A DNA stretch of 64,000 nt from Felis catus (GCF_018350175.1 NC_058368.1:60204001-60268000); one strand, 5' to 3'; positions 12,636 to 26,144 are shown, counted from the stretch's first letter. Made by a program: numbers and translations. The notes: generated by a model not told the origin, from the letters alone.

Positions 12636-14989
12636 GTCTGCACAGGAATAATCTGTAAAGATGGCATTTTATGTCATAGTGATCAATCTCTAGAGTCAGA
12701 TTTCAAATCTTACTGTTACCATTTAATAACTATATTAATTTCGGTTATATAAGGCTACATGAGCTTCAATTTCCACTCTGTTCTCATTTATAAAATTTTT
12801 AAAAATAATTTCAGAAACATAGTATAATACCTTAATCACAGCAAACTATTGTTATTATTAACCAGAAGCTGAAGTATTCCTATTTTAGTAACTTGGATTT
12901 ATAAATACTGAATTTATACCATCTATATGGGTGTGTTATAAAGAAAGAACAGTTCTTTCAGAATTCCGCCCCCCCCCCCCACCAGGTATCAGCCACTAAT
13001 TATTTGGAGTTAATTTATTAAATGAAATATTTGGCATAGGTGCCCTAAAGAACCTTCACAGGATTCACAGAAAATGAACAAAGGCAAGAAACTGTCTCTC
13101 TTATGTTCTCCTTTTTTTTAATTTTTAATTTTTGCTATATAATATATTACATATAGGTGATAATGTATTTTCTTCTTTATTCCAGGCCAGGTTTGAGAAT
13201 AAAAGTGAGGATTATTAGAATTATGCTAAGAAAAGAGATGCAAACCAGGATGTTTTGTTACTTTAATTAAATAAAAATAAAATCATATTAAATGATGTCA
13301 TTCATCCTGTCAATATACAATTTTTAGTGCATATTAATGCACCTGCTGAAAAAACAGAAAAATTCAACTACAGGTTTATCTTGCAATGGCTGTATATTTG
13401 AGGGATTTTATGTTTGTCAAGATGTCTAATGTACAGTGTAGCCTTAATTGACAATCCTATGCTTTCCACCACTTTTGTTATTCAAGATGTTTCCATGTAA
13501 CTCTTGTCACTTTTGATCTTGTGTGTCATAATATTCAATCCTGAAATTTATGTTTATTAAGTGAATTAAATAGTAGTGTCTCTATAGCCCTATGATATAT
13601 ATTAAATAGGACACAAAGTTATTGATCTTATCAAGAAATTGAAAAAGCCTATGCATTGTGTATTGTAATAATGGGTATATTTTGAATCTCAAATGGCCAT
13701 AAGTTTTTTATTCACATTACGGTAGCAGAATCAAAAATACTAAAAATGTCCTAGGTATATGATGTAATGCATAATTTTTTCCAGTGATTTGTGGCAACTT
13801 TAATTTATGCATATGTGGACTTTGCCTGGCTTTGTATCAAGATAAAGAAAATGCCTTAGTGTAAACAAATTTGAAGAAAACATACTTTTAACAATTTAAA
13901 ACACAACAAAAATAGATATTATTTATTGGGCCTCTCTCAAAGACCAACATTTGTCAATTATTCTCTTCTCCAAATTAGTATATATTGGATAAAAATATAA
14001 TGAAATTTGAGTGTACATATAGAATACAGATATTTTAGATTGTAATTTAAAAATTAAAACAGTAAAAAGTTGGCATTAATCTAAAGATTGTTTTTCTTGA
14101 AAATATATGTAGCTGTTATATACTGAGCTGGATTTTTTTGAACAAGCATATCAAACTTTAAAAAATATCATAAGGACTATTTTTTTCTTCTGAAACATAA
14201 TGGTTCATGTCTCTGACAGGTAGTCTCTGAGCTTTCCAGGGGCTAGAGCTATGCTTTAAGGCTTTTGTTTCCAATAAACAAGCACAATGCTTACATCATA
14301 AAGGTTTATACATCATAAATAAATGGATTTTAGGTATCTATAATTATTCTGCTTAAGAAAACCTTAGGCTATGCTGTTTCGGGGACAGTGGTCTAAGCCA
14401 GGAATTTTTGATGTGGGCCCAGAGCTCCAGCAAAAACAGTTTTCTGAATTGAATCTAAATGCTCCCTTGGAAAGATGTGAGGATGTAATCTGCTTAGGTG
14501 TTGAGATTCAAATCCACATTTGATAAAGCATTTTGAAAATTTACATGTAAAATCCTCAAATAAATCTGCTATTACATTATCATTCCCAATATAGAAGTCA
14601 CTTGAAGAAACCCATTCATTTCCATGATTTCTCCTATAAATCCAAAGATTGCAGTTATACATCAAGATTTTTATACTTTGTGAACACTATCTATGAGGCA
14701 AATTCATTTTTATTAAAAGACAAATCAATAAAATAGTTAAAAACTAGATGACATTTAATTAACAATAATTCCAATTTATAGATGCTGTATAATAAATATG
14801 ACAGATCACCTGTTTTTTAAAATCTTAATTCTATTTTTAAGAGATGCTACTAAACACATTCTTGGTTTATCATTTTCCTTCATCATCTCTCCCTTTGCTT
14901 TAATATGTCTAACAGTCTCTCCAACATAAACATTGGAGAAACACATGTAATTTTTTAAATCTTGTGTTAGTGTTTTGTTACCTGCTATT

Positions 14990-15345
14990 TCCCTTGATTG
15001 ACATCTTTGACTTTTTCTTTTACACCAATATACCAGTTATGGTTGCCTCTAACTCAAAATACATCCAGATCCTTCCAGTTCTCATTTCTTTCACTGCTAG
15101 TACTACGGCTCAAGCCAACAACATCCCTAGTTTATACTACTTCCAAAGCCTTCTCACTGGTTCCCTTCCTTTTGCACTTCTCCCTATAGTTAGCTCTCTA
15201 CAAAGCGGCCAGGGTGATTGTTTTAAAATATCACATGGTAATATATATGTATCTGCCAAAACCATACAATGGCTACTTAGCTCACTTAAAGTAGAACCAG
15301 AAGTCTTACCATTCCCCCAGAATCATTACGTGATTTAGCCCCACC
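14990..15345 (+). mobile_element. L2 LINE fragment
   Basis: acatccagatcc...caagccaacaacatc...agccttctcactggtt...cagggtgattgttttaaaa pattern. Confidence 0.7.
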
Positions 15346-16519
15346 CTATTTTTTGGAATGCTCTTCACTAATCCCGATTTATGATGACTAATCTGCTCTC
15401 TATTTCTCTTGGCAGCAGACCTAGGTCCTGATCTCCTAATGACCACCCAATAAAGGTCATTATACAGGCATGAGAGCATCACATTCACCATAAAGTGGGA
15501 GACACAATGTTGGGTACAAAATCTTCTCCATTGCTCTCTTGTGCGGTGGGTGTGACCGCATGACCTCCATTGTAATGTGTCTTACCTCCTGTCAGAGTCC
15601 CTAAGAGTGTCTAGGAATACTTCTCCAATTCTGGGAGATGCAGGAGAGAAACATCAAAGGAAAAGACTTCAAAAGGGAAGGACTGGAGAAGGTGAAAGGC
15701 CTTAAGACTTGTTTACACAGCTGAATGAGGCTGCTGTTTCCTAAGGAATGCCTAGAGCCATTAACATTGCCCAGGGCTGGATCTTCCTTCACACTTGACC
15801 CTTCTTAGTGTTATAGAAACCAATTAACTTGAAATTCAACCTTGAAAAGCTAAACCATTACATTGATTAACACACTTGCTTAGCTGGCTTTATGCACATA
15901 GTCTTTAGCAATTATCCTAATGAAAAGAAGCTTCATTCTGGAGTCCCGGGCCTCATTCCGACTGGAGTATGAGGACCTTCACTTAACTGCACTTTGTTTG
16001 TGGACTCATGTTTTGCAACTCCGGACATACTCCCTGCAACACTTTTTCTCTTCTTATAGTTGACATGAAAGGACAACAAGGAGCACTGATCTCACATTAA
16101 GAATTATTATGTAAGTATGAGATGACCTCTTATGTGTTGGAGATAAACTTGTTTCTACAAATTTGACCATCCTTTTGTTTTCCTTTGCCTGTTACTTATT
16201 TATCATTTCTATTTTCATTCTTAATTTGTTAATTTGTTTTTCTTATCAATAGCATAGTAGTATTCTTTTTAATATAGTCTGAGAGTCTGAGAGTATCTTT
16301 TAGAGGGTGATCTTATTTATTTCAAGTTTTCACAATAATTGTTACAGTTAATAATTTAAACTTATTTACCATTGGATGTACACTGTATTTCTTATGTATT
16401 CTCCTTACTTACCTTTTTTTATATATTTTTAGTTTCTTCAATTTCGTATTCATTAGGGTATTTTTAAATGTGTAATGTCTACCTATTTTCCATAGCACTA
16501 TTGTTACATTTCTCTATAT

Positions 16520-17109
16520 TGAAGGGTAGCAGAAGGTCTCACCCCAAAATATGACTACAGGAATTCAGAACATGCCACTTCAAAATATACCACTTTAATA
16601 GATTGATTATTTTGAGTTCTAGGTACTTGAACAACAGAAAATGCAATGAGAACCTTTCTCTAAATTCCCCTTATCTGCCTAAAGACAGGTTCCACAAAAG
16701 GAACTCAATTGTCATAAATACCCTCCCAGGACTTTCAGCAACCAGGGAAGGTCGACTCCACATAGAAGAGCAATCTAGAAGTTTATACCACATCTAGATA
16801 ATCTTTCCCACAAGCTATCATGTCTTCTACCTATCCTACTAAGGGCCCATTCTTCTTTCATAAAAATTACTTACTCTCCCCCCAAAAGGCCTACATCTGC
16901 TCTCCCTTTTATTATTAGAATGGTATTTAAGCCTGAATTCTAATGCATGTCAGGGAGTTACTCATTTTCCTCTGTGTATCTCTCACATATACATGAGGAG
17001 TACATGTTAACAATCTCATCTGTTTTTCTCTTGCTAATCAGTCCTTTATTACAGAGTTCTCAGCCAAGACTCAGAAGGGTAGAGGGAAAATCATTTTTCC
17101 TCCCTTTCA
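16520..17109 (+). mobile_element. ERV1 solo LTR, MER34 type
   Basis: TG...CA ends (tgaaggg / ccctttca), 4-bp TSD ATAT (16516-16519, 17110-17113), MER34-like motif cagaacatgccacttcaaaatataccacttt...ttgattattttgag. Confidence 0.88.
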
Positions 17110-17361
17110 ATATGGACGCATAATTTTCTACTAATATCTGAAATGAAAATATTATTTTAAAGATGCACTGTTTCTTCCTCTGCACTGTCCTTTATCTTGT
17201 TTGGAATGAGAGTCATTTAAAATGTGGCCATTGTATCTGGAATACACATACTTCTCTACTTCTTTCCATCAAGGAGACATTAGAATTACTTTACATATAA
17301 CAAGTTCTGCCTCCGAACTTTAGGTTTTGCTGAGAAGATTTATTATTTCTAGGTCTAGACC

Positions 17362-17572
17362 ATGGCTGGGAATTTTCTTTTTCTCTAAAGGGCCAAAGAG
17401 TAAATATTTCTGGGTTTGAGGAACATACTGTTTCTGTCACCACTATGCACATCTGTTGCAGTAGATGTGAAAACAGCCACGGATAATACATAAATAAAGG
17501 GGCATGGCTTAGTCTCAATAGAAGGTTACTGATAAAAACAGGAAGTGCACAGGATTGGTTTGCTGACTCCTG
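17362..17572. mobile_element. MER58-type hAT-Charlie MITE
   Basis: taaagggccaaagagtaaatattt...gtgaaaacagccacggataatacataaataaagggcatggct...tttgctgactcctg. Confidence 0.8.
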
Positions 17573-17794
17573 GTCGAGATTAGTAATAGAATTTTTCCAA
17601 CAGTGTATCTCTTCATTCTCAAGACTTCTTCTTATTTAATCACACATTCCCCCTCTCTCTGCTTCCATCCGAATTTATCATGAGCATCTTCCCAGTCACT
17701 GTTTCTGCATTCTCCTTCTCAAAGTTTCAATCCTGGAATGTTTATATGGTTTCAATCATACCTCGAATATTTTCCTCATTTAAGATAAGGTGTA

Positions 17795-18050
17795 GGGGCA
17801 CCTGGGTGGCTCAGCTGGCTAAGCATCCAGCTTCGGCTCAGGTCATGATCTTGCGGTTTGTGAGTTCTAGCCCCTTGTCGGGTTCTGCCCTGACAGCTGG
17901 GAGAGTGGAGCCTGCTTCAGATGCTGTGTTTCCCCCTCTCTCTGCACCACCCACCGTGCTCTGACTCTCCCTCTCTCTCTCTCTCAAAAATAAATAAACA
18001 TTTAAAAAAAGAATAGCTATTCTCAACTAAATAAGTAAATTAATAAATAA
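17795..18050 (+). mobile_element. Can-SINE with extended 3' tail
   Basis: Complete body; TSD aagataaggtgta at 17782-17794 and 18051-18063. Confidence 0.95.
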
Positions 18051-18069
18051 AAGATAAGGTGTAATATGT

Positions 18070-18660
18070 CACTGGATTTTTTTGGATTATGAAAATACTT
18101 TTACTTTTTCTCATTTGTAAATTGAATTATAGGTCACTATAGAATGATTGATTTGGGATTCTTTTCTCTCCAGATTTCTTCTCCGTGACTTTTATCTTTC
18201 ACTCAGTGGTCTCAGTGGTCCAATGCCAGTCTGTTTTTTTCCCCACACAGGTAACTTTTTTCTTGATGCTGATTTGTAAGAAATTTCTCTTTAACCTTAG
18301 AATTCAAGATTTTTATCAACATATGTCTTTTTTGATGAATCATGCATGAAACTAGATAATCCTTTCAACATAGATCAAGTTTTCACAATGGGAAATTATT
18401 TTCTGTCATTCATGACATCATTACCTCTTTATTGTATTTAATTTGTCTCTTTTAAGAATATCACTCACAATATGGGTCCACAGTGTTTATCCCCTAGTTT
18501 TCTTATCTTTTCAGTATGATCTCCCAATTAGGAGTTTTACTCAGTGCTTTAAGATTCTTTTCCCATTTGATTTTTACAGGCACCAAAAAGCCTCAATTTA
18601 TGTACTTATTGGAACAAATATATTTTTAACATATTATTTCCAGGTTTTATGATTCACTTG
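18070..18660 (-). mobile_element. Old L1 fragment (ORF1-region-like)
   Basis: T-rich antisense L1M-like text (ccaatgccagtctgtttttt...caggtaacttttttc). Confidence 0.5.
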
Positions 18661-18667
18661 GATGTTC

Positions 18668-18753
18668 TTATATTTTTTATTATTTTATTTATTTTATTTA
18701 TTTTATTTTATTTTATTTTATTTATTTTTATTTTTTAACTGACCCAGGTGCCC
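18668..18753 (-). mobile_element. Can-SINE remnant (tail plus head only)
   Basis: (TTTTA)n tail abutting ttaactgacccaggtgccc. Confidence 0.7.
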
Positions 18754-18760
18754 TTATATG

Positions 18761-18791
<31 letters not shown>

Positions 18792-19396
18792 TCTTGTTCA
18801 AAATGTCATCAGTGTCTTCTATATGTTCTTATTGGAAGTGAACTGTTTCCTGAGTCTTGTCTGTCTTTCCATTCTGTTGTGGCTGAACAACATTATGCAA
18901 GTTAGGAAAGCATAACTTAGCCCTTCGAAGTCTGCCTGTCAAGAAGAGTGGGTTCCAACTGTGCACCTACATTCTAAAAGCTCGGAGTTTTCTCATACAC
19001 AAACATACTTCTGAAGGGATGCAAATTTTCATTACCTTGATGGTAGTAATAGTTTCATCATGTATATCTATGTCAAGACTTTAAATTGTACTCTTGAGAC
19101 ATGTGTCATTTGTATTATACATAAAATAAGAGTTTTTAGAAAAATAAGGAGTATTTTTTTTTTCAAAAATTATAGTTACGGCACCTGTTATACAAATAGT
19201 AAATGGTGGAGATGCCAGTAATGACTAGGAGACTTATCCTGACAGTGCTGAGGCTTACATATGGCCCGGAGTGTTGCTCAACAGTGAAGCCCGCACTCAA
19301 CTGTTTACGCTGGACGTCTATACTCAGAATACCAACACAGGAAATTTCTTTAGCAGGTAACCAGGTGACAGATGTATGAAATGAAGTGTGCCCTGA

Positions 19397-19397
19397 A

Positions 19398-19434
<37 letters not shown>
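19397..19434. repeat. (TG)n microsatellite
   Basis: Direct reading. Confidence 0.97.
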
Positions 19435-19437
<3 letters not shown>

Positions 19438-19914
19438 AGCCCAGTTTATGTGAAGGTACCCAGAGCATTTGAGAATCCCCTGTTACTCTTATCTTTGTGA
19501 GACAGCATTTACCATTTTATCTCCATGACCAAGAATCTCTGGTCTCAGATCCTGCACAGACACACCCCTGCCTCTTTCACCTCCCTAATACCTCTCCCTG
19601 CTTCCCCATCATATTAGTCAAGGTCTTAGAGGATTTTCTGGTTAACATTTTGATTAATTAAATTTATTTTTGTCTCTTCCTCAAGGTCATGCAAACTTTT
19701 GCAAATATTAATTAGCTGACTTGTATTTTCAACTCCCATACTAGAATGATTTGCATATGAAAGTAGACAAGCACTCCCATCTTTAAAATAGGAATAGTAG
19801 TGCCCGCCTTATCAGTTCTCAAAAATTGTTATATAAAACAAAAATGAGATTTAAAAGGATAGTGATTTTAAAACTAAAATAAGATTTAAACACTTTCAGG
19901 CATTTATTCTATTT

Positions 19915-20118
19915 TATTAAAGTTTATTAATTTCAAGGCAAAGGGAAAAAGAGCAAGTGGGGGAGGGGCAGAGAGAGATGGAGAGAGAGAATTGCAAGCA
20001 GGCAAGGCCTGTCAGTGTGGAGCCTGACACAAGGGCTTGATGTCACAAATCATGAGATCATGACCTGAACTGAAAGGAAGAGTCAGATGTTTAACTGACT
20101 GGGGCACCCAGGAGCTCC
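19915..20118 (-). mobile_element. Can-SINE (older, diverged)
   Basis: gggggaggggcagagagag...gagatcatgacctgaactgaaaggaagagtcagatgtttaactgactg. Confidence 0.9.
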
Positions 20119-21414
20119 ACAAGCAGGAATTTATATAGATGTTGCAAATTGTTGATATACTAGGCAATATGAGGCTAGATTATAAAACACAAGACTATGA
20201 TCTGCATTTTGTTTGTACTAATTTATTGGCATGGAATATGCTTTTCTCAGAAGAAATGAAACTTCTAAATAGAATGTCTTGAATAACTGAAGATATTAAA
20301 GATACTATTAAGGGAATGCCATATAATATATAAAAACTGCATTTAAAAAGGTATTTGAAAAAAAGAATAAAGAAAAATTTTGGAGGGTCAGGAATACTTT
20401 TTAAAATCTTGCTAATGCTTTTTTAATCTTTTCAAGTCAGGAGAACAGCACATGTAGTTTTAAATTACATTCATTTTCCAGAAACAGGTAATCCCTATCA
20501 TCTTAACTCTCTCTTGCCTGTCAAGACATGTCACACTGCTTTTTAACAGTCAAGCAAAGAGATCTGTCCATAGCTATCAATTTTTATCCCATAAGTATTC
20601 ACAAAGAAAAATATATTTTTCTGAGAACTCACAGATTAGTCCTGAATCGAATTGCCATTTCCTACAAGCCCTATGAAATTTTATGGTTTTAAAAAATGAA
20701 ACAATTTCAACCACTAGAAAGAAAATCATGTATCTATCTGAATCTTCTAAGGTGAAAATACATCGTCTCTGTAAAGAGTTTGTTATCCTTTTCACAGAAA
20801 AAGAAACTTTTCGTGTTAAGATGATGATGAAAACACAGGGCTGGTACACCTGCAAGAGATCAGAGGCAGAAAATACTTTTATTTTTATTTCTATGTTCTG
20901 AGATAAAGAATATAGTTTCAATCTGATGATTTCTTTCACATATTAGAGACAATCATGTTACTGTCTTCATCCTTTTTTTATTGTCCCTAAAATGTTTAAA
21001 TGAGCCAAAATGTTAGCCAGATTAAGAAAAATAAAATGTACTTTCAGTTACCTAAAAGAGAAAATGTTGGTATGAAACAGAATGTTGTAAGATTCCAAAT
21101 GGAAACTCTCTTCAAAGTGCCTGCTGTGTGAATACCTATTACATTTTATCCAACATGGTTCCATTGAACCATGAATTTTATAGAAAATATATCTATACAT
21201 CTGTATCTACCCATCTATGTCTGTATGCTTATCTATCTATCTATCTATCTATCTAATCTATCATCTATCTATCCAAATAACATTTCAATAATTTTCATGA
21301 TTTTGCTTTTCATTTTTAATTTATTTCTTTGTACAGATTCTCCTTTCTTTTCAGAAAAAAATTATGATATCTATATAATGTACTTTTGGAAACATAACTC
21401 TACTTTAAAATCTT

Positions 21415-21606
21415 TATATTTTTAATGTTATTTATTTTTGAAAGAGAGAGAAAGAGAGCACATGCGCACACGAGCAGAGGAGGTGCAGAGAGAGAGAATC
21501 CCAGGCAGGCTCCTCGCTGTAAGCACAGAGCCCCATGCCATGAGATCATGACTTGAGCCAAAATCAGGAATAGGAGGCTTAACTGACTTGAGCCACACAG
21601 TACTCC
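21415..21606 (-). mobile_element. Can-SINE (older)
   Basis: Antisense body with gagatcatgacttgagccaaaatcagga. Confidence 0.9.
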
Positions 21607-21611
21607 ACATT

Positions 21612-21816
21612 TTATTTTTTATTTTTTAAAATGTTTTATTTATTTTTAAGACAGAGAGACAGAGCATGAGTGGAGAGGGGCAGACAGAATCTGAAGCAGG
21701 CTCCAGGCTCTGAGCTGTCAGCACAGAGTCCGATGCAGGGCTCAAACTCACGAACTGTGAGATCATGACCTGAGCTGAAGTTGGACGCTTAGCCAACTGA
21801 GCCACCCAGGTGCCCC
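21612..21816 (-). mobile_element. Can-SINE (younger), adjacent to the previous copy
   Basis: Complete body; TSD agtactccacatttta / agtactcctcatttta. Confidence 0.95.
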
Positions 21817-23291
21817 AAGTACTCCTCATTTTAAAACATTTAAATTGTATTCTAGTATTTTGATTCCTACAGAACTAGATAGATTTTTCATATCCTTCAG
21901 AATTTTTCTCTAATTCTTTCAAATGTTTGTGGGAATTGAGACTCTAAATCCCTAAGGATCAAACAGTTTAAAAGAAGTGATATCATGAGATAATAAAAGA
22001 GTCTCCGGGAGATACTTAAAGATGGAATTAATGTGAACTGTATATAAACTGCTGTCACCAATGAACTTTCCTCCTGGCTATGAATTTTCATACATATCAT
22101 GTTCCCTGCAAACTTGTGAATTGTCACTCAACTAAATATACACATACATGTGTATATGTGTATGTATGTGTATGTGCACATGCCATACATATGTGGATGT
22201 ACACATGCATATCCATAATGGCAATAAAAGAAGGTTTTATGCGTATTTAAAAATTTTTAAAAAGCATTGCTAAACATTTTATCTTGAATGTCTTGAAGCA
22301 TGTCAAAACCATAATGGGATTTCCTGTGGAACAGCCTCCGGATAGGGTATAGTGGCATGGGAAGCTTCACTACATATATCCTAACACTACTTCGGTATGT
22401 GCAATAAAATCTGTGTATCTTTACTATAAAGACATGTTGCCTCCACTCGATGTTGTCCCTCTCAGAAGTTTCAACATTTCTTTACTGACAAGGTACAGAA
22501 AAAGGGAAGCTGAAGAGTCACTTTTAATGTACTGCGATCTTGAGAAGATGCTTCATGCTTACAAATTCCAGGGGCAGAGTTTGGTGAGGCAACACAAATG
22601 TCTTATACAAAAGTTTTTCCCTACACCAAAGCAAAAACTAAAAATAAAATTGTCTATGAACCCAATGTTTTAGGTAACTTGTATGGTTCTCATTCTTTAT
22701 ACTACAGAGGCACATAAATAAAGTTTACACTAGATTAAATAGAAGTGCCCGGAATCTTATTTAGCACTAGGGCCATGGAATAAGTTTGGTACACCCCAAT
22801 TACAAGGGAGACTACTCTATCTTTGTCTCTAATCTGGGGCTTGCAATAATGTCTCATGAAAACCCTTTTCTAAAACAACTTTTATTTCTTGTTTATATGT
22901 TCCCTAGGTTGAGAGTTATTAAACTTCCATTTAACAAACAAAAAAAAAATACGGTCATTGGCAGGCATTAAAACACACCATGGTGAAATATCATGGAACT
23001 TGGTGAGTTCGATGACCTGCCATTCAGTTTTCCTGTCTTCCCGGTATTGATTTTTTTTGTTTTGTTCTATTTTGTTTTCATTTTTCATTGGTGTTTTTTA
23101 AACTTAATATTAGGGGACTTGTGCATTACATCCCACCGGTTTCTTTTTTCCCCTATTGAATAGGAACTATTTGTATTTTTCCCCACATATTTACAACTAA
23201 TGCTGTAATTTGCATATTTTTCATTTTTTTGTTCACAGATAAATACTAGCTAACCCTTTTGATTATTATTAATATTAGCCCATTAAATATG

Positions 23292-23724
23292 TATCCATCT
23301 TTATTGCTTTAGAAGGGAGTGGTGCTCAGGGTGCTCTTGGTGGCGCTAACTGCTCCCTCTTCACCATCACAGGATCATGTCTGTGCAGGATGGTGCTGGC
23401 TCTGTGAATGGCAGCCAAGCGCAGATCTGGGTGGTAGTTGTTCTTGCAGATCACGTGCTTGATGCGGCTGAAGGGGGCGGAGGCATTCTCGTGGTTGGTG
23501 GTCCGCACAGAGCAGGTGATAGGTTTCGCTGGCCGGATCACTTCTTCATGACCACCACTACATCTTTACCTTGGGCCCATTGCTCCATGCCCACAGTCTT
23601 CCTGTGAATCGGCTCGTTTTAGCGGAAGAGGTTGCGAGCCTTCAGGTTTTGGGGTGTGGTGCTTGTATGTCTGCTTGTTCCTCTTGACTAGAAAGCTGGG
23701 GCTGTTCTGCATTGATGCGCAGAC
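23292..23724 (-). pseudogene. RPL28: Processed pseudogene of 60S ribosomal protein L28
   Basis: Intronless minus-strand match to RPL28: SAH...SFLVKRNKQTY...NLKARN.FR*N..IHRKTVG, then VRTT...[26 protein letters not shown]...PVMVKR; stops, frameshifts, ATG lost; AATAAA at 23300-23305. Confidence 0.96.
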
Positions 23725-25659
23725 TTTTTAAGTAAGAGGCAAAATAGAACTTGAGCGGTAAGTAACCTTCAAAATCATCTAATCCCTGTTCTACATATTC
23801 TATTTCATGGTGCCCTAAAGCTAGGGTATTTTAGATGAAAGAGTTCCACTAAAGGTAGTTATTGAGGAAAGGATTTTTGCATTTCGGTAGCTTAAAACGT
23901 CTGGGTAAACCATTTGATATCTTCTGATTTTCTTATTGTACCATTAAGAAACTTGAAGTGTCCTGAGTTTCGTAAATCATTGGTCGCTGTCTCATTTATA
24001 GCCACTTACTAGCAGAAGTTTTTGTCACAAAAAATAATAAAAGAACAGTTACTAATATTCTTATGTAGAGTAAATTGAATATTGACATATCGTCTGGTTC
24101 CTAGCAAACAGATATATTTAATTTTTTGAAGAAATGATCATTTTATTTCAATTTCACTTTTATGTGTATATAACCAAGCATTTATGTGCCTAATTGTTGC
24201 TAAAAGCCAAAATATAAATTCACTGAAGCAAACACATTTTTCACTTTTACTATTTGGAATCAAATTGAAAATTTCTTGGCGCATCATTAAATATACATTA
24301 TATGCAGGCCAATATTCAGAATTTCCACAATAGCAACTAGGAGGTAGTCCTTAAATGTGTACAATGTAAACTATCCATTTGCAATAAAATAATGTTAGTC
24401 TTATAAATGAAGGATAATGTCAAGACCTGAACCAGTAGCAAGAATTAGGAAGAATTGTATAAATGTAACTGCGATTTCTTGCTGTCTACTTTTCTAATTG
24501 TCAAACACGTATTCTATTTATTGTGGACATCCATTTAACCATACCTCATTTTTTTTTTTTAGATTTTTGAGTCATGAGTATGTGAGTTTGTGTGTGTACC
24601 ATAATTGCTACAAAAGAAGCTACCAAGCATAATTTAAAAGATTTTGTATGAAGCACTTTTAAACATAGTTCAAAAAATATTTGGCTGTCATGACTGGTTA
24701 TTACAACACAAATCATGTGTTGGCCTATAGCTGTTGAAATCCCTAGCTGCTGAATGTCCTAGAAATTAAATTATATTTTTCTTTTTCTGCACTCTACAGA
24801 ATTTGAGTCTGATCTCTGAGGTTAAATCACTTTTTTGACCTCAAAGATCTTTCAAGAAGTATTCATAAGAAGCTGTCTCTGGAGCCTTCCACTTTAAGGT
24901 AACAAATGATCTTTACTGTGTAGCTAGTGGGGTAAAAAAAAAAAAGGCAAGAAAAAGTTTCTCTAATAGAATTTAAGCTCACATGAATTAGATTCCTTTT
25001 ACCAAATGTTTGTCTTTTATTCATTTTATTTATAACAATTGCATAATTTCTTAGCAAAATAAAATAATAGTAGTCCATACACTTTAATACCTCGGAAAAA
25101 TAGGGGATTACACTTGAAGTAGTAACCTTAGCTGGTAGGAGAAATAAATGTCTCTTCCCTGCTTTCATAAAAAAAGGTTTCGCTTCAACACCCATGAGCT
25201 TGATTTCAGTTACTTCTCTGGACAAAGATGATCTGAGTCCTCTGTTACGTGTTTACATGTCTTAATTAGTTACAACTAGTTTTTTGCAAGTTCTGCATGT
25301 AGGCAAATTTGTCTGTCTTTTTCTTCCCTATATACATGTGGTAAGTGATAATCTTGGTAAAAAGATCTATTCTGCAAATTTAATTTTTCCCTCTAATTTT
25401 CCAAAGATGTAGACTGGAAGTGTGATTATATTTTTTCTATCACACTAGATAATTTTAAACCTAAGTTTAATAAGTAAGATAGGTGATATTAGGGTTTACT
25501 ATTATTTTTTTCGTATTTTTAATTAATTCTATATTTGACTAGGGAAGTGGTCTGCTTCCTCTTCACTGGGTCCAATCACAGACATTTATCATCATAATAA
25601 TGAAATATTTACTTAATTATTCATAAGCTTTAATGTTTGGTAAAGTTTAAATGCTTTTG

Positions 25660-26066
25660 GTTTTGTTTTTTTAGAGAGAGAGCCAGTGTGAGTAGGATGA
25701 GGCAGAGGGAGAGGGAGAGAGTCTTAAGCGGGCTCCATGCCCAGCACAGAGCTGGACATGGGGCTCAATCTCACTACCATGAGATCCTGACCTGAGCAGA
25801 AAGCAAGAGTCAGACATTTAACTGGGGCTCCTGGGTGGCTCAGTCAGTTAAGTGTCCAACTTTGGTTCAGGTCATGATCTCATGGTGCGTGGGTTTGAGC
25901 CGTGCATCAGGCTCTGTGCTGACAGCTCAGAGCCTGGAGCCTGCTTTGGATTCTGTGTCTCTCTCTCTCTCTCTCCCCTTTCTCTCTCTCTCTCTCTGTC
26001 AAAAATAAACATTAAAAAAAATTTTTTTAAAGAGTCAGACATTTAACCAGCTGAGCCACCCAGGTG
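25660..26066 (-). mobile_element. Older Can-SINE split by a nested SINE
   Basis: Body 25660-25822 resumes at 26030-26066 (ctgagccacccaggtgtc). Confidence 0.92.
25824..26029 (+). mobile_element. Can-SINE nested in opposite orientation
   Basis: 18-bp TSD aagagtcagacatttaac at 25805-25822 and 26030-26047. Confidence 0.96.
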
Positions 26067-26144
26067 TCTGTATGGTCAGTTTTAAATTACATAAACCTAT
26101 TCTCATTTACTCTTAAAAACACTGGGTAAAACGTTTGCTGAACT

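Noticed and set aside
12680..12800. Possible MIR fragments (also near 49560-49710)
   Set aside because: Too diverged to call by eye
14393..14665. 90-aa minus-strand ORF in non-repeat DNA
   Set aside because: No recognisable homology; length is within chance expectation
20577..20939. Overlapping antiparallel ORFs (120 aa minus, 72 aa plus) in unique DNA
   Set aside because: No recognisable domain, AT-rich composition and no supporting splice structure
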